From: Candidatus Fermentibacteraceae bacterium
Lineage (GTDB): Bacteria; Fermentibacterota; Fermentibacteria; Fermentibacterales; JCC-6
Direction of reading: 5' to 3'
Assembly (NCBI GenBank): GCA_030592635.1
Contig: JAUVIS010000003.1
Span: 1-46,353 of the forward strand
Length of the DNA stretch: 46,353 nt
The first letter of the stretch is position 1. Each line of letters begins with the position of its first letter. Positions 17,437 to 26,700 of the stretch are shown one piece after another. Position numbers and translations under genes: made by a program. The notes beneath the pieces were generated by a model. It did not search any database, was not told the DNA's origin, and saw only the letters and a program-made list of their open reading frames with translations.

Positions 17437-20400
17437 TAATCCTCCTCCAGAACTCCTGTTCTTGCAGCGTCATGCTGACACTGGGGCCATGGAGCATAAC
17501 CCGGTATACATCTGCCAAGTTCCCAGATATGAATGTAATTGTCCATGGTTCCAAAGACAACCTCTACCCTGCCGTCATTATCAATGTCGGCTATTACAAA
17601 ACCGCCCTGAACTGATGCAGGGAGGGTGTAGGGGAAACCAAGATTAGCCAGTGGTTCACTTGAACTGGAAATTCCAAAAACTACACCCTCTCGACTGGCT
17701 GTGATTACATCCGCATGTTCAAACAAATCATGATCATCCAGTTCACCAAGTGCGGGGAAGGGGGGCTTGCCTTCACCGGCAGAAGAATATTCAAAAGGAT
17801 AATTGTCCATATGAAACCCACCCTCATCCCACGCAAAGCACTGGTTTTCAGTATTGGCGATAATTCTGTCGGGACCTGGTGTCAGTGCTTCCCAGTCAGC
17901 CACAATGCAGTATGGAACATGGTTGGAGTTAAGACCGGGGTTGCTCTGACAGCTGGCAGTTGTTGTCAGATCTCCGGGATCAAGCAGTAACGCAGGAGAA
18001 TGGGTTGAAGTTGCCTGATCTGTGGGCATTGAAATTAGCTGCCCCTGAGGCAGAGTTCCAACTGCGGGAACAGTTCTCCAGGGAACACCTGACCAGTCCC
18101 TCTCTGAAGGGAACGAATCGGCATCGTAATCATACACAAAGCACTTTGAATTCTGTTGCATGAATTCATTCCAGTGGAGATTTACAATAATCTCCAAGCT
18201 GCCGGCACCGTTCAGATCCTCAAGTAATGGCCAGCTTGAGATCGTATTTGCATTTGCCGGGATGCCTGGTAATTGGACTGTTCTAATTGGTACAAGGGCA
18301 TCATTAACTATGTCGAAGACATAGATATCCCTACCGCGGGAAAGCACTATCTCATCCCTCTGTTCAAAACCTGCCTCATCCACAAAATCAGCCAGCGCAA
18401 CAGTATGATTCCCTTGCCAGAACCATTCGCCGGAATGTGTGTAACTGCAGATCGGCTCAGTCGAAGTTCTATCAAAGATCATCAGTTCATCCCGACCATC
18501 AACGATTATCTCTGAAAGACCGTTCCCTGCCACATTCCCGGTAACAGGTATGCTCGGATAGATATCTATTCCCTGGGGGGTGTAGAAGAACGGGTAAGGA
18601 TCGGATCCCCATACAGGTGCTCCCGGGGAATCACTCCGGAAAACACATATCTGACTTTCTGTAGCAATAACAATCTCCAGATACCCATCACCATCAAAAT
18701 CAAAAAGAACCGGCGGTACTATTATGGAATGTGCCGTTTGAGTTGGCCAGCCTGATTCATTGGGATAAAAGTCCAGTATATCCAGACTCGTTGCTGCTGA
18801 ATTGTTCGACATCCACGAATCAGGAGCAAGACCGCCGGGATCTACTGCGGATGCTGTCAGAAACAATGTTCCCGGAGGTGTGAACCAAGTGTTATTCCAC
18901 CGAAACTCCAGTGTTGTTTCATCACCTGCTGAAAGCCCTGAGCATTGCGCTGTGATAATATCGGGGATACTGTTGCCATCTGTCACCTCCATAGTAACCA
19001 CAAAGGGACCTGCGTCCTGCCAGCCTGCATTCCTGACAGTTACATAAATGACTGCCTGTCTTGATCCATTATTACTTATTGTGGGATAACTGTTTGTCTC
19101 AATGTCTGCAGAACTGATGATCAGATCGCAGCAGTTCCGGAACTTCATTCTGTCACCAATGTCTGCTGCAGGGTCTCCCAGCAGGTTAAACTGGGCTAAT
19201 CCCCTCAGTCCATAATTGGTGGATGTGAAAACATCAAGATGTTGAAGTCTCGCTGAAAGAATGGCATCTCCCATTCTTGTAATACCTCTTTCAAATACGG
19301 CAGTCAGTATCCCCTTTCCATAGTATTTGTAGATGTAAATGTATGAGGAGTTAGATCCGGCGAACACACCAATGGCTCCACACTCTGTGTGCTTTATGAA
19401 ATCTTCCGCAAGACAGTCAGTGGAAAAATCGTATGGAGGTGAAGCATTGTTATCGTAGCACAGGCACTGCCAGGTATTTATGCTCTCATGCTCAACTGCG
19501 GTGTGATTGAATGTTCCAGCAGTACAGCACAACATAAGTACAAATGGTGTCCAGTGATCCGGGTCAGGAGTAAGTGCCAGTACATCAAGGTTATTAAATG
19601 TAGAGTCCGGTACACCAAAGTTTTCTTCCTGCCAGTTCAGACCTGCTGAAAACATGTGGAAATCTCCATGATCGGAATAGAACGCGATCTGCGACCCTCG
19701 TTCAAATACGGTGTTGCAGGCATTCACCCAGTCTGCACTGGTCATGCTGCTGCCATCCGGATTTGGAGGATCAGTGTTGAATGTGTTCTCGCCGTCACCG
19801 CAGTAATAATTATCCCACTCATAACCCATCCATGTGCGGAGGGAGTCGATCCAGCCAGCTGAAGGTTTCCAATCGTCGTATGTAAATGCACCACTGTGAT
19901 CTGTACCGGCAAGCCGTGTGATTCGCCTGCGGTTAATCAGATTTCCCGGGTAGGGAGGTACTGCCTCTGACTCATATGACTCAATCAGATTGAACATGTT
20001 CTGGAGAGTCTCGATCTCTGTTACCGGGAGTCTGCCGACTATCATGTCTGGGAGACCGGAGATAACCTCTCTCGGTTCGTCGAAAAGAACAAACCACTCG
20101 TCGTTGCCGTACCCGTAATGTGAAAGGTATTCCATTGTAGGCAGGCAGTAGGTGTATGTGGTACAGCCTGGATCATCATGATCACCAATCAGAAGAAGGT
20201 AAGTTGGTCTGTCACCCGGACTACCCCAACTCCAGAGAGCTTCCGTGTAGTCTCGAATGATATCGGGACTTATAAAATAGTAATCAGAAGTTCCGTACCC
20301 CTCTATAATATCTGCAATATTTGCTATCAGTACATCGAAGCCGTTCAGAGAAGCCCGGTACGCTGCGAAATCGTCTACAAAGGTTCCATCAAGCCCCGGA

Positions 20401-21191
20401 GCGACAATTATCACATAGTCCGGTACAAAGGGTGGCGGATCCAGAGTGTCCTCGTGCCTGAACACACTTCCTGCGGGTAGCCCCATTGGAATCGGATCCG
20501 GGTCGGGTTCATACCCGATCAGCCTGTCATCAATGATCTGATCGTAATAGCCAAGCCCAGCCTGGTTCCAGACCGGATCTGTACCCTGGAAATTGACTTT
20601 TACTTCAATATCACTCCACACCCTCAACCTGTTTTCAGAAGCAAGGAACTGAACCGGGTACACATCAACTATCGCAACCCGCTGATCACGGAGTCTGAAC
20701 TCTCCTGATATTTCAGCGGTTACAGAAGGATACCATTCTAAAGAGGAATATGCTGCTGGATTCTTCTCGAAGAATTCATCTATGTATGTGATTCCCTGCT
20801 CATGAACCAGACTGTCATAAGGAGCCGGGCAGACTGGAAGACATGCAATCGTTTCTTCACAGGATGCGGAAAAAGAAAGATCAAGATCAACTCCATCAGG
20901 CACCGCGACGAAACAGGTTACAAACGGTACTTCAGGATAACCTGTTACATCCATGGGTACCGTTCCAGGACTTTGATTAAATCTGAGATATTGGGTACTG
21001 TCATGTGTCAGTGTCTCGGACAGAAGACCTTGCAGTTCAACATCAAAGGAGATGTAATCCGGTGCGGTTATCCCGTGTCTGACCAATGGAGAAGCCCCGG
21101 AAGGGCAGCCTGCATTAAATTCAAGCCAGTCGGCATAACACAATCCTGCAAACACCAGCAGAACTATCAGGAGCAATCCGAACTTCCTCAT
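17436..21191 (-). CDS. C25 (gingipain-like) cysteine peptidase with propeptide, CARDB-like and FG-GAP-like domains
   Basis: G.PEVP propeptide, DYVII, YLLLIGD, VGRLPV, catalytic SDHG and CCTAGTF, FNLLGDP; DFDGDG/DIDNDG repeats. Confidence 0.85.
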   Translation of the reverse strand: MRKFGLLLIVLLVFAGLCYADWLEFNAGCPSGASPLVRHGITAPDYISFDVELQGLLSETLTHDSTQYLRFNQSPGTVPMDVTGYPEVPFVTCFVAVPDGVDLDLSFSASCEETIACLPVCPAPYDSLVHEQGITYIDEFFEKNPAAYSSLEWYPSVTAEISGEFRLRDQRVAIVDVYPVQFLASENRLRVWSDIEVKVNFQGTDPVWNQAGLGYYDQIIDDRLIGYEPDPDPIPMGLPAGSVFRHEDTLDPPPFVPDYVIIVAPGLDGTFVDDFAAYRASLNGFDVLIANIADIIEGYGTSDYYFISPDIIRDYTEALWSWGSPGDRPTYLLLIGDHDDPGCTTYTYCLPTMEYLSHYGYGNDEWFVLFDEPREVISGLPDMIVGRLPVTEIETLQNMFNLIESYESEAVPPYPGNLINRRRITRLAGTDHSGAFTYDDWKPSAGWIDSLRTWMGYEWDNYYCGDGENTFNTDPPNPDGSSMTSADWVNACNTVFERGSQIAFYSDHGDFHMFSAGLNWQEENFGVPDSTFNNLDVLALTPDPDHWTPFVLMLCCTAGTFNHTAVEHESINTWQCLCYDNNASPPYDFSTDCLAEDFIKHTECGAIGVFAGSNSSYIYIYKYYGKGILTAVFERGITRMGDAILSARLQHLDVFTSTNYGLRGLAQFNLLGDPAADIGDRMKFRNCCDLIISSADIETNSYPTISNNGSRQAVIYVTVRNAGWQDAGPFVVTMEVTDGNSIPDIITAQCSGLSAGDETTLEFRWNNTWFTPPGTLFLTASAVDPGGLAPDSWMSNNSAATSLDILDFYPNESGWPTQTAHSIIVPPVLFDFDGDGYLEIVIATESQICVFRSDSPGAPVWGSDPYPFFYTPQGIDIYPSIPVTGNVAGNGLSEIIVDGRDELMIFDRTSTEPICSYTHSGEWFWQGNHTVALADFVDEAGFEQRDEIVLSRGRDIYVFDIVNDALVPIRTVQLPGIPANANTISSWPLLEDLNGAGSLEIIVNLHWNEFMQQNSKCFVYDYDADSFPSERDWSGVPWRTVPAVGTLPQGQLISMPTDQATSTHSPALLLDPGDLTTTASCQSNPGLNSNHVPYCIVADWEALTPGPDRIIANTENQCFAWDEGGFHMDNYPFEYSSAGEGKPPFPALGELDDHDLFEHADVITASREGVVFGISSSSEPLANLGFPYTLPASVQGGFVIADIDNDGRVEVVFGTMDNYIHIWELGRCIPGYAPWPQCQHDAARTGVLEED

Positions 21192-21327
21192 GATATTTCT
21201 CCCTTTGATCTGATTCTACCACAAACTAACTTCTCTCTCAAGACCCGTCAGCAGTAGTAACCTCCACTTTCAACCAAAATACAAGGGGGTTACTTCTGTG
21301 TACCAATGATGACAATAAGGCAAGAAG

Positions 21328-21475
21328 TTAAAAGTTCTCTTTTCTTGTCCTCAATGCTCTCTCTGTTACTAATTTCCTCCCCCGGTAATCCCACATTGCT
21401 TCAATCTCTTCCCTAAGTTCCTCCGGAAGTCTCAGTTTGCCTGTATGATGGGGTTCCTGAAATACTCTGTGAAGC
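21328..21475 (-). pseudogene. ParB/KorB-like HTH protein remnant, copy 2 (HTH deleted)
   Basis: FRNPIIQA joined out of frame to LRLPEELREEIEAMWDYRGRKLVTERALR; 21436-21461 matches 15806-15831 at 25/26 nt. Confidence 0.65.
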
Positions 21476-21648
21476 CGATGTGAACAAAAGGATGTTGTCA
21501 GCTGGACTGTGTCGGTCATATTATTGACCGAAGAAACTTCAGCGAGTATTGTTGCTTTCGGGCAGGAGACGGGTAATGTCAGGGAGGGAAGGAAACGCTG
21601 TGAGTAATATTTGTGAAACACTTGAAAGCCGGTTTCCTGTAATTCTCT

Positions 21649-22686
21649 ATGACTGAGAAACCGGTAAAACATACACGCCGGGTTCGCTATGCCGGAACCC
21701 ATCCCCGGAAATTCAGCGAGAAATACAAAGAACTTGATCCGGAAAAGTATCCGGGTGATGTGAAAAAAGTTAAAGAGCGGGGACAAACCCCGGCCGGGAT
21801 GCATCTGCCGATCTGTGTACATGAGATTTGTGAAGCTCTTAAACTGAAACAGGGTATGAGCGGAATAGACTGTACTCTCGGATACGGCGGACACAGCAGT
21901 AAAATACTGCCGCGTATCCTGCCTGGTGGCTTACTGATCGGGATTGATATTGATTCCACTGAGCTGGCAAAAACTGAGAAACGCATTCGTAATCATGGAT
22001 ACGATGAATCCATGTTTTTCACTCGGCACATGAATTTCTCACAGATAAGAGACTGTCTTGATGTGCGCCCTGAAGGATTTGATTTCATACTTGCGGATCT
22101 GGGTGTATCTTCAATGCAACTGGATACTCCCGGCAGAGGATTCTCTTTCAAGAACTCCGCTCCGCTGGATTTGCGGCTTGATAACTCTTCAGGAAAGACT
22201 GCGGCTCAATTGATCCTTCGCGTTACAGAGGATTCTCTTACAGATCTTTTAGCGGAAAACGCGGATGAGCCATACGCGGAGCTTCTTGGCAGGGCCATAC
22301 TCTCGAAAAAAATGGAATGTCAGACAACCACTGGTCTTGCGTCTGTCATTACCGGGATACTGCAGAGTAAAGGGCTTGAACCCGCAGAATGCAAACCGTC
22401 AATTCAGCGGGTATTTCAGGCACTTCGCATAGAAGTAAACAATGAATTTGAAGCTCTCGATCAACTGCTTCATTCGATTCCGGAATGCCTGAAAAGCGGC
22501 GGCAGAGTCGCAATTCTTTCATTTCACTCAGGTGAAGATCGCCGTGTAAAGAAAAGCTTCAAGGGATTTGTCGAACAGGGAATTTATTCTGAATGCGTGC
22601 GCCGCCCGGTTCGTCCCTCTTTTCAGGAAAAATACGACAATCCGCGTTCATCCAGCGCAAAACTGCGCTGGGCTGTAAGAAAATAG
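21649..22686 (+). CDS. rsmH: 16S rRNA m4C1402 methyltransferase RsmH family
   Basis: DCTLGYGGHS, DLGVSSMQLD...RGFSF....PLDLR, FQALRIEVN.E, SFHSGEDRRVK, NPRSSSAKLR. Confidence 0.92.
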   Translation: MTEKPVKHTRRVRYAGTHPRKFSEKYKELDPEKYPGDVKKVKERGQTPAGMHLPICVHEICEALKLKQGMSGIDCTLGYGGHSSKILPRILPGGLLIGIDIDSTELAKTEKRIRNHGYDESMFFTRHMNFSQIRDCLDVRPEGFDFILADLGVSSMQLDTPGRGFSFKNSAPLDLRLDNSSGKTAAQLILRVTEDSLTDLLAENADEPYAELLGRAILSKKMECQTTTGLASVITGILQSKGLEPAECKPSIQRVFQALRIEVNNEFEALDQLLHSIPECLKSGGRVAILSFHSGEDRRVKKSFKGFVEQGIYSECVRRPVRPSFQEKYDNPRSSSAKLRWAVRK

Positions 22687-22829
22687 CATATTCGTTTGCT
22701 GGAAGACCCGCACGGGACATCGGGTATTGCATTCACAGTTCACAACTGAAGGCCGTGTGGCCTTGCCATCGGCGCTAATGCTTTTAATATTAGGGGAGAG
22801 ATTTCCGGAGGGGTCTGGAAAGGCTGGTT

Positions 22830-23615
22830 GTGTTTAAAAATATCCCGGATTCTTTTACGGAAACTGTTCTCTGCTCTATTTCAGAGCCTGCTTTAATCTT
22901 TGACAGCGATATCAGGGTGATCTGGGCAAATCCTTCTGCCGAATTGTTCTTCGGCCACAGTTCGGAATTTATGGCCGAAAAGAAATGCATGGAGCTTTTC
23001 GGAGGCGTACTGGAATGCTTCGATAACTGCCCTGTAAAAAAAGCCTTGACAACCGGAACAGATGAAGTGCTTGTGGTTGACGGTGTGGTTTGCCCGCACA
23101 AACTCATAGAGGCTATTCCGTACAGCAGAGGCCGGGAAACACTTATTCTGGCAATCGTTCACTCAGTACCGGAGGTGGACAGAAACAAAGCCCTTCGAAG
23201 GGATTTTGCCGCAAGGATGAACCTCTCAGTAACCCTGGAAGAAGCAGCGCCGGATATAGTTAACGCAATAAAGAGTCTCACTTCAGTACCAACCTGCGGC
23301 ATCTATGTAAAGCAGAATGACCAGTTTGATCTGCTTTACGGCGGAGGAGTTCCCAATGCCATTCCCTGCCGTTCCTCTGAATTTGACTTCAGCTCTCCCC
23401 TCTACCTGCCATCCGACAGGCTTCCCTTCACCTCTGACGATGAATTCCCCGATGGCGCTGCCATTGTTCCTGTTGCCGCTCCGGGCGGAGAAACCGGCGT
23501 CCTGCTTTTAGCCGGCAGAGGAACCATGAGTACAACAGCCAGAAACAGGCTGGAAATGATAGCCAGTGTACTCGGAAGCTGTATTATCAGACTTACTTCC
23601 GCGCCGGCATCGTAG
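22830..23615 (+). CDS. PAS plus GAF-like sensory protein with no output domain
   Basis: IFD.D.RVIWAN.SA..FFG, KKC.E.FG....C...CPV.KAL.TG PAS pattern. Confidence 0.6.
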   Translation: MFKNIPDSFTETVLCSISEPALIFDSDIRVIWANPSAELFFGHSSEFMAEKKCMELFGGVLECFDNCPVKKALTTGTDEVLVVDGVVCPHKLIEAIPYSRGRETLILAIVHSVPEVDRNKALRRDFAARMNLSVTLEEAAPDIVNAIKSLTSVPTCGIYVKQNDQFDLLYGGGVPNAIPCRSSEFDFSSPLYLPSDRLPFTSDDEFPDGAAIVPVAAPGGETGVLLLAGRGTMSTTARNRLEMIASVLGSCIIRLTSAPAS

Positions 23616-24750
23616 ACACTGTAAAAAAAGTTATCACGGCGACAAAACCTGCCATGGCAAAGACAGCCCATGGCCCGACCTTTACCCAGAGAACCCCGCC
23701 AAGCACAGGCACAGCCATTGATACTATGTGATCAATTGTTCCTCCCAGACCGATAGTGGGAACCATTTCAGAATCCTTCCTGATTATTCCGGACAGGTAT
23801 GTGGTTCTGGCCATGGACAGACTGAAAAGAAGCTCATCAAGAACGAAGAAACAGTAAAGAAGCGCAAGAGCAGTGCCGGGACCTGCCAGACTGGGAACCA
23901 CAGCATACGCGGCACTGAGTAACGCAATTAATGCCGCGTCAGCCATAAGGATGGTTCTTTCACCAAGCCTGTCAATAAGTTTACCGAACACCGGTTTTAG
24001 AAATATTCCGATAAGAGCGCTTGCCCCCATGGCAAGAGCAAGCTGCGGAGCCTTCTGGCCATAGACAGATACCAGAAGCCAGGGCGCGAATGTCAGAAAT
24101 ATCTGCTTTCTGGCACCGAAGAGCATGCACAACGCATAAAACAACCGGTATTTTTTTCTAAAAACAAATCTTCTGGCCGTGGCTCGCCCTGCTTCACCAA
24201 TGGAAGACGGAAGACTCATGGATATCAATATCCCGGGAACCAGAAGAACTGCTCCGACGATCCAGGTAATTTTGTAATCCGTCTTCAACTGACTCATCAG
24301 AAACCAGACAACTGCCGTGCCCAGTATTAAGCCGATTGACCTGTAAGCCCCGACCCGGCCAAGCACCCAGCCTCTTTTACCTGAACCGGCAAGCTCGATT
24401 GCCGTACTGTCTCTGAGAGGAATGAAAGCGTGCATGGCGGACGACCATACTACCATGATAAGAACAAATCGGAAGAGTGAATCGGCGAAGAAGGCAAACC
24501 CGAGAAATGCAGCGACTCCCACCACGAAAACCATGGTTACAGCTTTCCTCCGTTGAACCCTCACAAGGAATCCGGCGATGAACACCAGGAGGAATCCGGG
24601 AAGCTCTCTGGGAACTTCCAGGGCTCCGCGCACTTCACCGTCGATACCCAGCTCATTGCTGAGATAGTCAGGCATCACACTCATAAAAACTGTACTTGCC
24701 GCACCGAGTAGAATGACTGTTGCAAGCAATTTCACAAGTGGTGTTTTCAT
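23593..24750 (-). CDS. MFS transporter
   Basis: About 12 TM segments, LE.PRELPG, GARKQIF.TFAPW.L, GKLIDRLGER; ATG 24750 with GGGGGAG RBS preferred over 24861. Confidence 0.85.
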   Translation of the reverse strand: MKTPLVKLLATVILLGAASTVFMSVMPDYLSNELGIDGEVRGALEVPRELPGFLLVFIAGFLVRVQRRKAVTMVFVVGVAAFLGFAFFADSLFRFVLIMVVWSSAMHAFIPLRDSTAIELAGSGKRGWVLGRVGAYRSIGLILGTAVVWFLMSQLKTDYKITWIVGAVLLVPGILISMSLPSSIGEAGRATARRFVFRKKYRLFYALCMLFGARKQIFLTFAPWLLVSVYGQKAPQLALAMGASALIGIFLKPVFGKLIDRLGERTILMADAALIALLSAAYAVVPSLAGPGTALALLYCFFVLDELLFSLSMARTTYLSGIIRKDSEMVPTIGLGGTIDHIVSMAVPVLGGVLWVKVGPWAVFAMAGFVAVITFFTVSTMPARK

Positions 24751-24870
24751 TCGACTTCTCCCCCCTTGAATCACGGAAGATAAACAATAGAGTGTATCGT
24801 TGCAAAACATGGCGATCAGATAACTATCGGCATATACTACTATAGTTTTCCCGCCAGCCAACCAGCCGAA

Positions 24871-26700
24871 ATGAATGGACGGACAATGATAAAAGAGCCT
24901 GTAAAAAGAGCCGATGTTCTCCGGGAAGATACATGGGATCTTACCGCAATGTACAAAACTGCGGAAGACTGGAATAAAGACCTGGAAGAAGCCTCAGAGA
25001 TACCGGAAAAGCTTGCGGCATACAGGGACGAAGCCATGAAGTCCCCGGAATCTCTTCTTGAAGTCATTGAGGCTATCCTTCACGCAAGTCGCAGGGCGGA
25101 GAAAATTTCAACTTACGCGCACATGATTCAGGATCAGGATCTCTCTGACCCCGGAGGCAGTGAGATGAACCAGAAGGCAATGGATCTTCTTACCAGGCTG
25201 GCGACATCTTTGAGCTGGTTCAATCCCGAGGTACTTTCCGTACCGGAGGAAATCATGGTCAAATGGATCAATGAAACTCCTCTTTCAACATACAGAGTAT
25301 GGCTGAAAAACATTCTCCGGAACAGGCCCTTCATTCTGTCCGCCGCTGAGGAAAAGATCATGGTTCTTGCCTCGGATGCCACAAGAGGGTTCAGCGGAAC
25401 CTTCGGCAAACTGAATAATGTTGAAATACCTGCCAGACTGCCTGAAATCGCGGGAGAGAGCGGGAAAAAGATAAAAATCTCACACGGAAACTTCGTCCCC
25501 CTTCTTCAGAGTCCCAACCGGGAAGTGAGAAAAAGCGCATTCACCGGTTTCTACAAAGAAATCCAGGGAAACACGGAAACCATGGCCTCACTGCTGGATG
25601 GCCAGGTAAGGACAAACATCTTTCAGGCGAAAGCCCGGAACCATCCATCCGCTCTTGAAGCATCTCTTTTTCATGACAGAGTAAACACGACTGTCTACGA
25701 ATCTCTTATCAGCTCGGTTCATGAGAGTCTTCCTGTGCTGCACAGGTACTACCGGATGAAAAAAAGAGTAATGGGACTGGAGAAGATGCACATCTACGAT
25801 GTTTACACCCCCACTGTACACGGTATCGATGTAAAGTACACTGTAAGCCAGGCTGAGGAACTGACTCTGGGAGCCGTTAAACCCCTCGGAAAGCTGTATG
25901 AAAATACCCTTCGTCAGGGCTTCAGGGATCGCTGGACAGATAAATATGAGAACATTGGAAAGCGGAGCGGCGCATACTCGGGCGGATGCTACGACAGTCC
26001 TCCGTACATGCTTTTGAACTTCGCGGGTACTCTGAATTCTGTATTCACCCTCGCGCATGAGGCCGGACATTCCATGCACAGCTGGTTCTCAAGAAAAAAT
26101 CAGCCTTACCACACATCCGACTACAGAATACTTGTGGCGGAAGTGGCCAGTATCACCAATGAAATGCTTCTGGCAAATCATCTCAGAGGCAGAACAGAGG
26201 ATCGTGATATTGTTGCATACCTGATAGACAGCCAGATAAATGACTTTAGAACAACACTGTTCAGACAGACCATGTTCGCCGAGTTTGAGTTGCTGATCCA
26301 CCGGCAGGTTGAGCAGGGCGGATCTCTTTCCGCAGACTGGCTGAACAAATCATACCTGAATCTCGTAGAACTCTACCATGGAGATGCCTTTGAGTTTGAT
26401 GCTGAAGACTCTCTGATTGAGACTGAATGGGCCAGAATACCACACTTCTACTACAACTTCTATGTGTACAAGTATGCCACAGGTCTGGCATCGGCAGCCT
26501 CGATCAGCAGTAGAATTCTGAATGGTGATGAAGGGATTGTTGAAGGTTATCTCAACTTCCTCTCCTCCGGCGGATCAAAGCCGCCCCTTGAGCTTCTTAA
26601 GAACACAGGAGTTGATCTTGAAACCCCTGTACCTGTTGGGGATGCCATGAAAAGACTGAGTGGTCTCGTGTCAGATCTGGAGAATCTGCTTGAAGAATAA
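24871..26700 (+). CDS. pepF: Oligoendopeptidase F (M3B)
   Basis: GKRSGAYS, TLAHEAGHSMH, AEVAS..NE, EWARIPHFY. Confidence 0.95.
   Translation: MNGRTMIKEPVKRADVLREDTWDLTAMYKTAEDWNKDLEEASEIPEKLAAYRDEAMKSPESLLEVIEAILHASRRAEKISTYAHMIQDQDLSDPGGSEMNQKAMDLLTRLATSLSWFNPEVLSVPEEIMVKWINETPLSTYRVWLKNILRNRPFILSAAEEKIMVLASDATRGFSGTFGKLNNVEIPARLPEIAGESGKKIKISHGNFVPLLQSPNREVRKSAFTGFYKEIQGNTETMASLLDGQVRTNIFQAKARNHPSALEASLFHDRVNTTVYESLISSVHESLPVLHRYYRMKKRVMGLEKMHIYDVYTPTVHGIDVKYTVSQAEELTLGAVKPLGKLYENTLRQGFRDRWTDKYENIGKRSGAYSGGCYDSPPYMLLNFAGTLNSVFTLAHEAGHSMHSWFSRKNQPYHTSDYRILVAEVASITNEMLLANHLRGRTEDRDIVAYLIDSQINDFRTTLFRQTMFAEFELLIHRQVEQGGSLSADWLNKSYLNLVELYHGDAFEFDAEDSLIETEWARIPHFYYNFYVYKYATGLASAASISSRILNGDEGIVEGYLNFLSSGGSKPPLELLKNTGVDLETPVPVGDAMKRLSGLVSDLENLLEE

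Noticed and set aside
21328-21894. 188-aa minus-strand ORF
   Set aside because: Mostly antisense to rsmH; only its last ~30 codons match the HTH remnant
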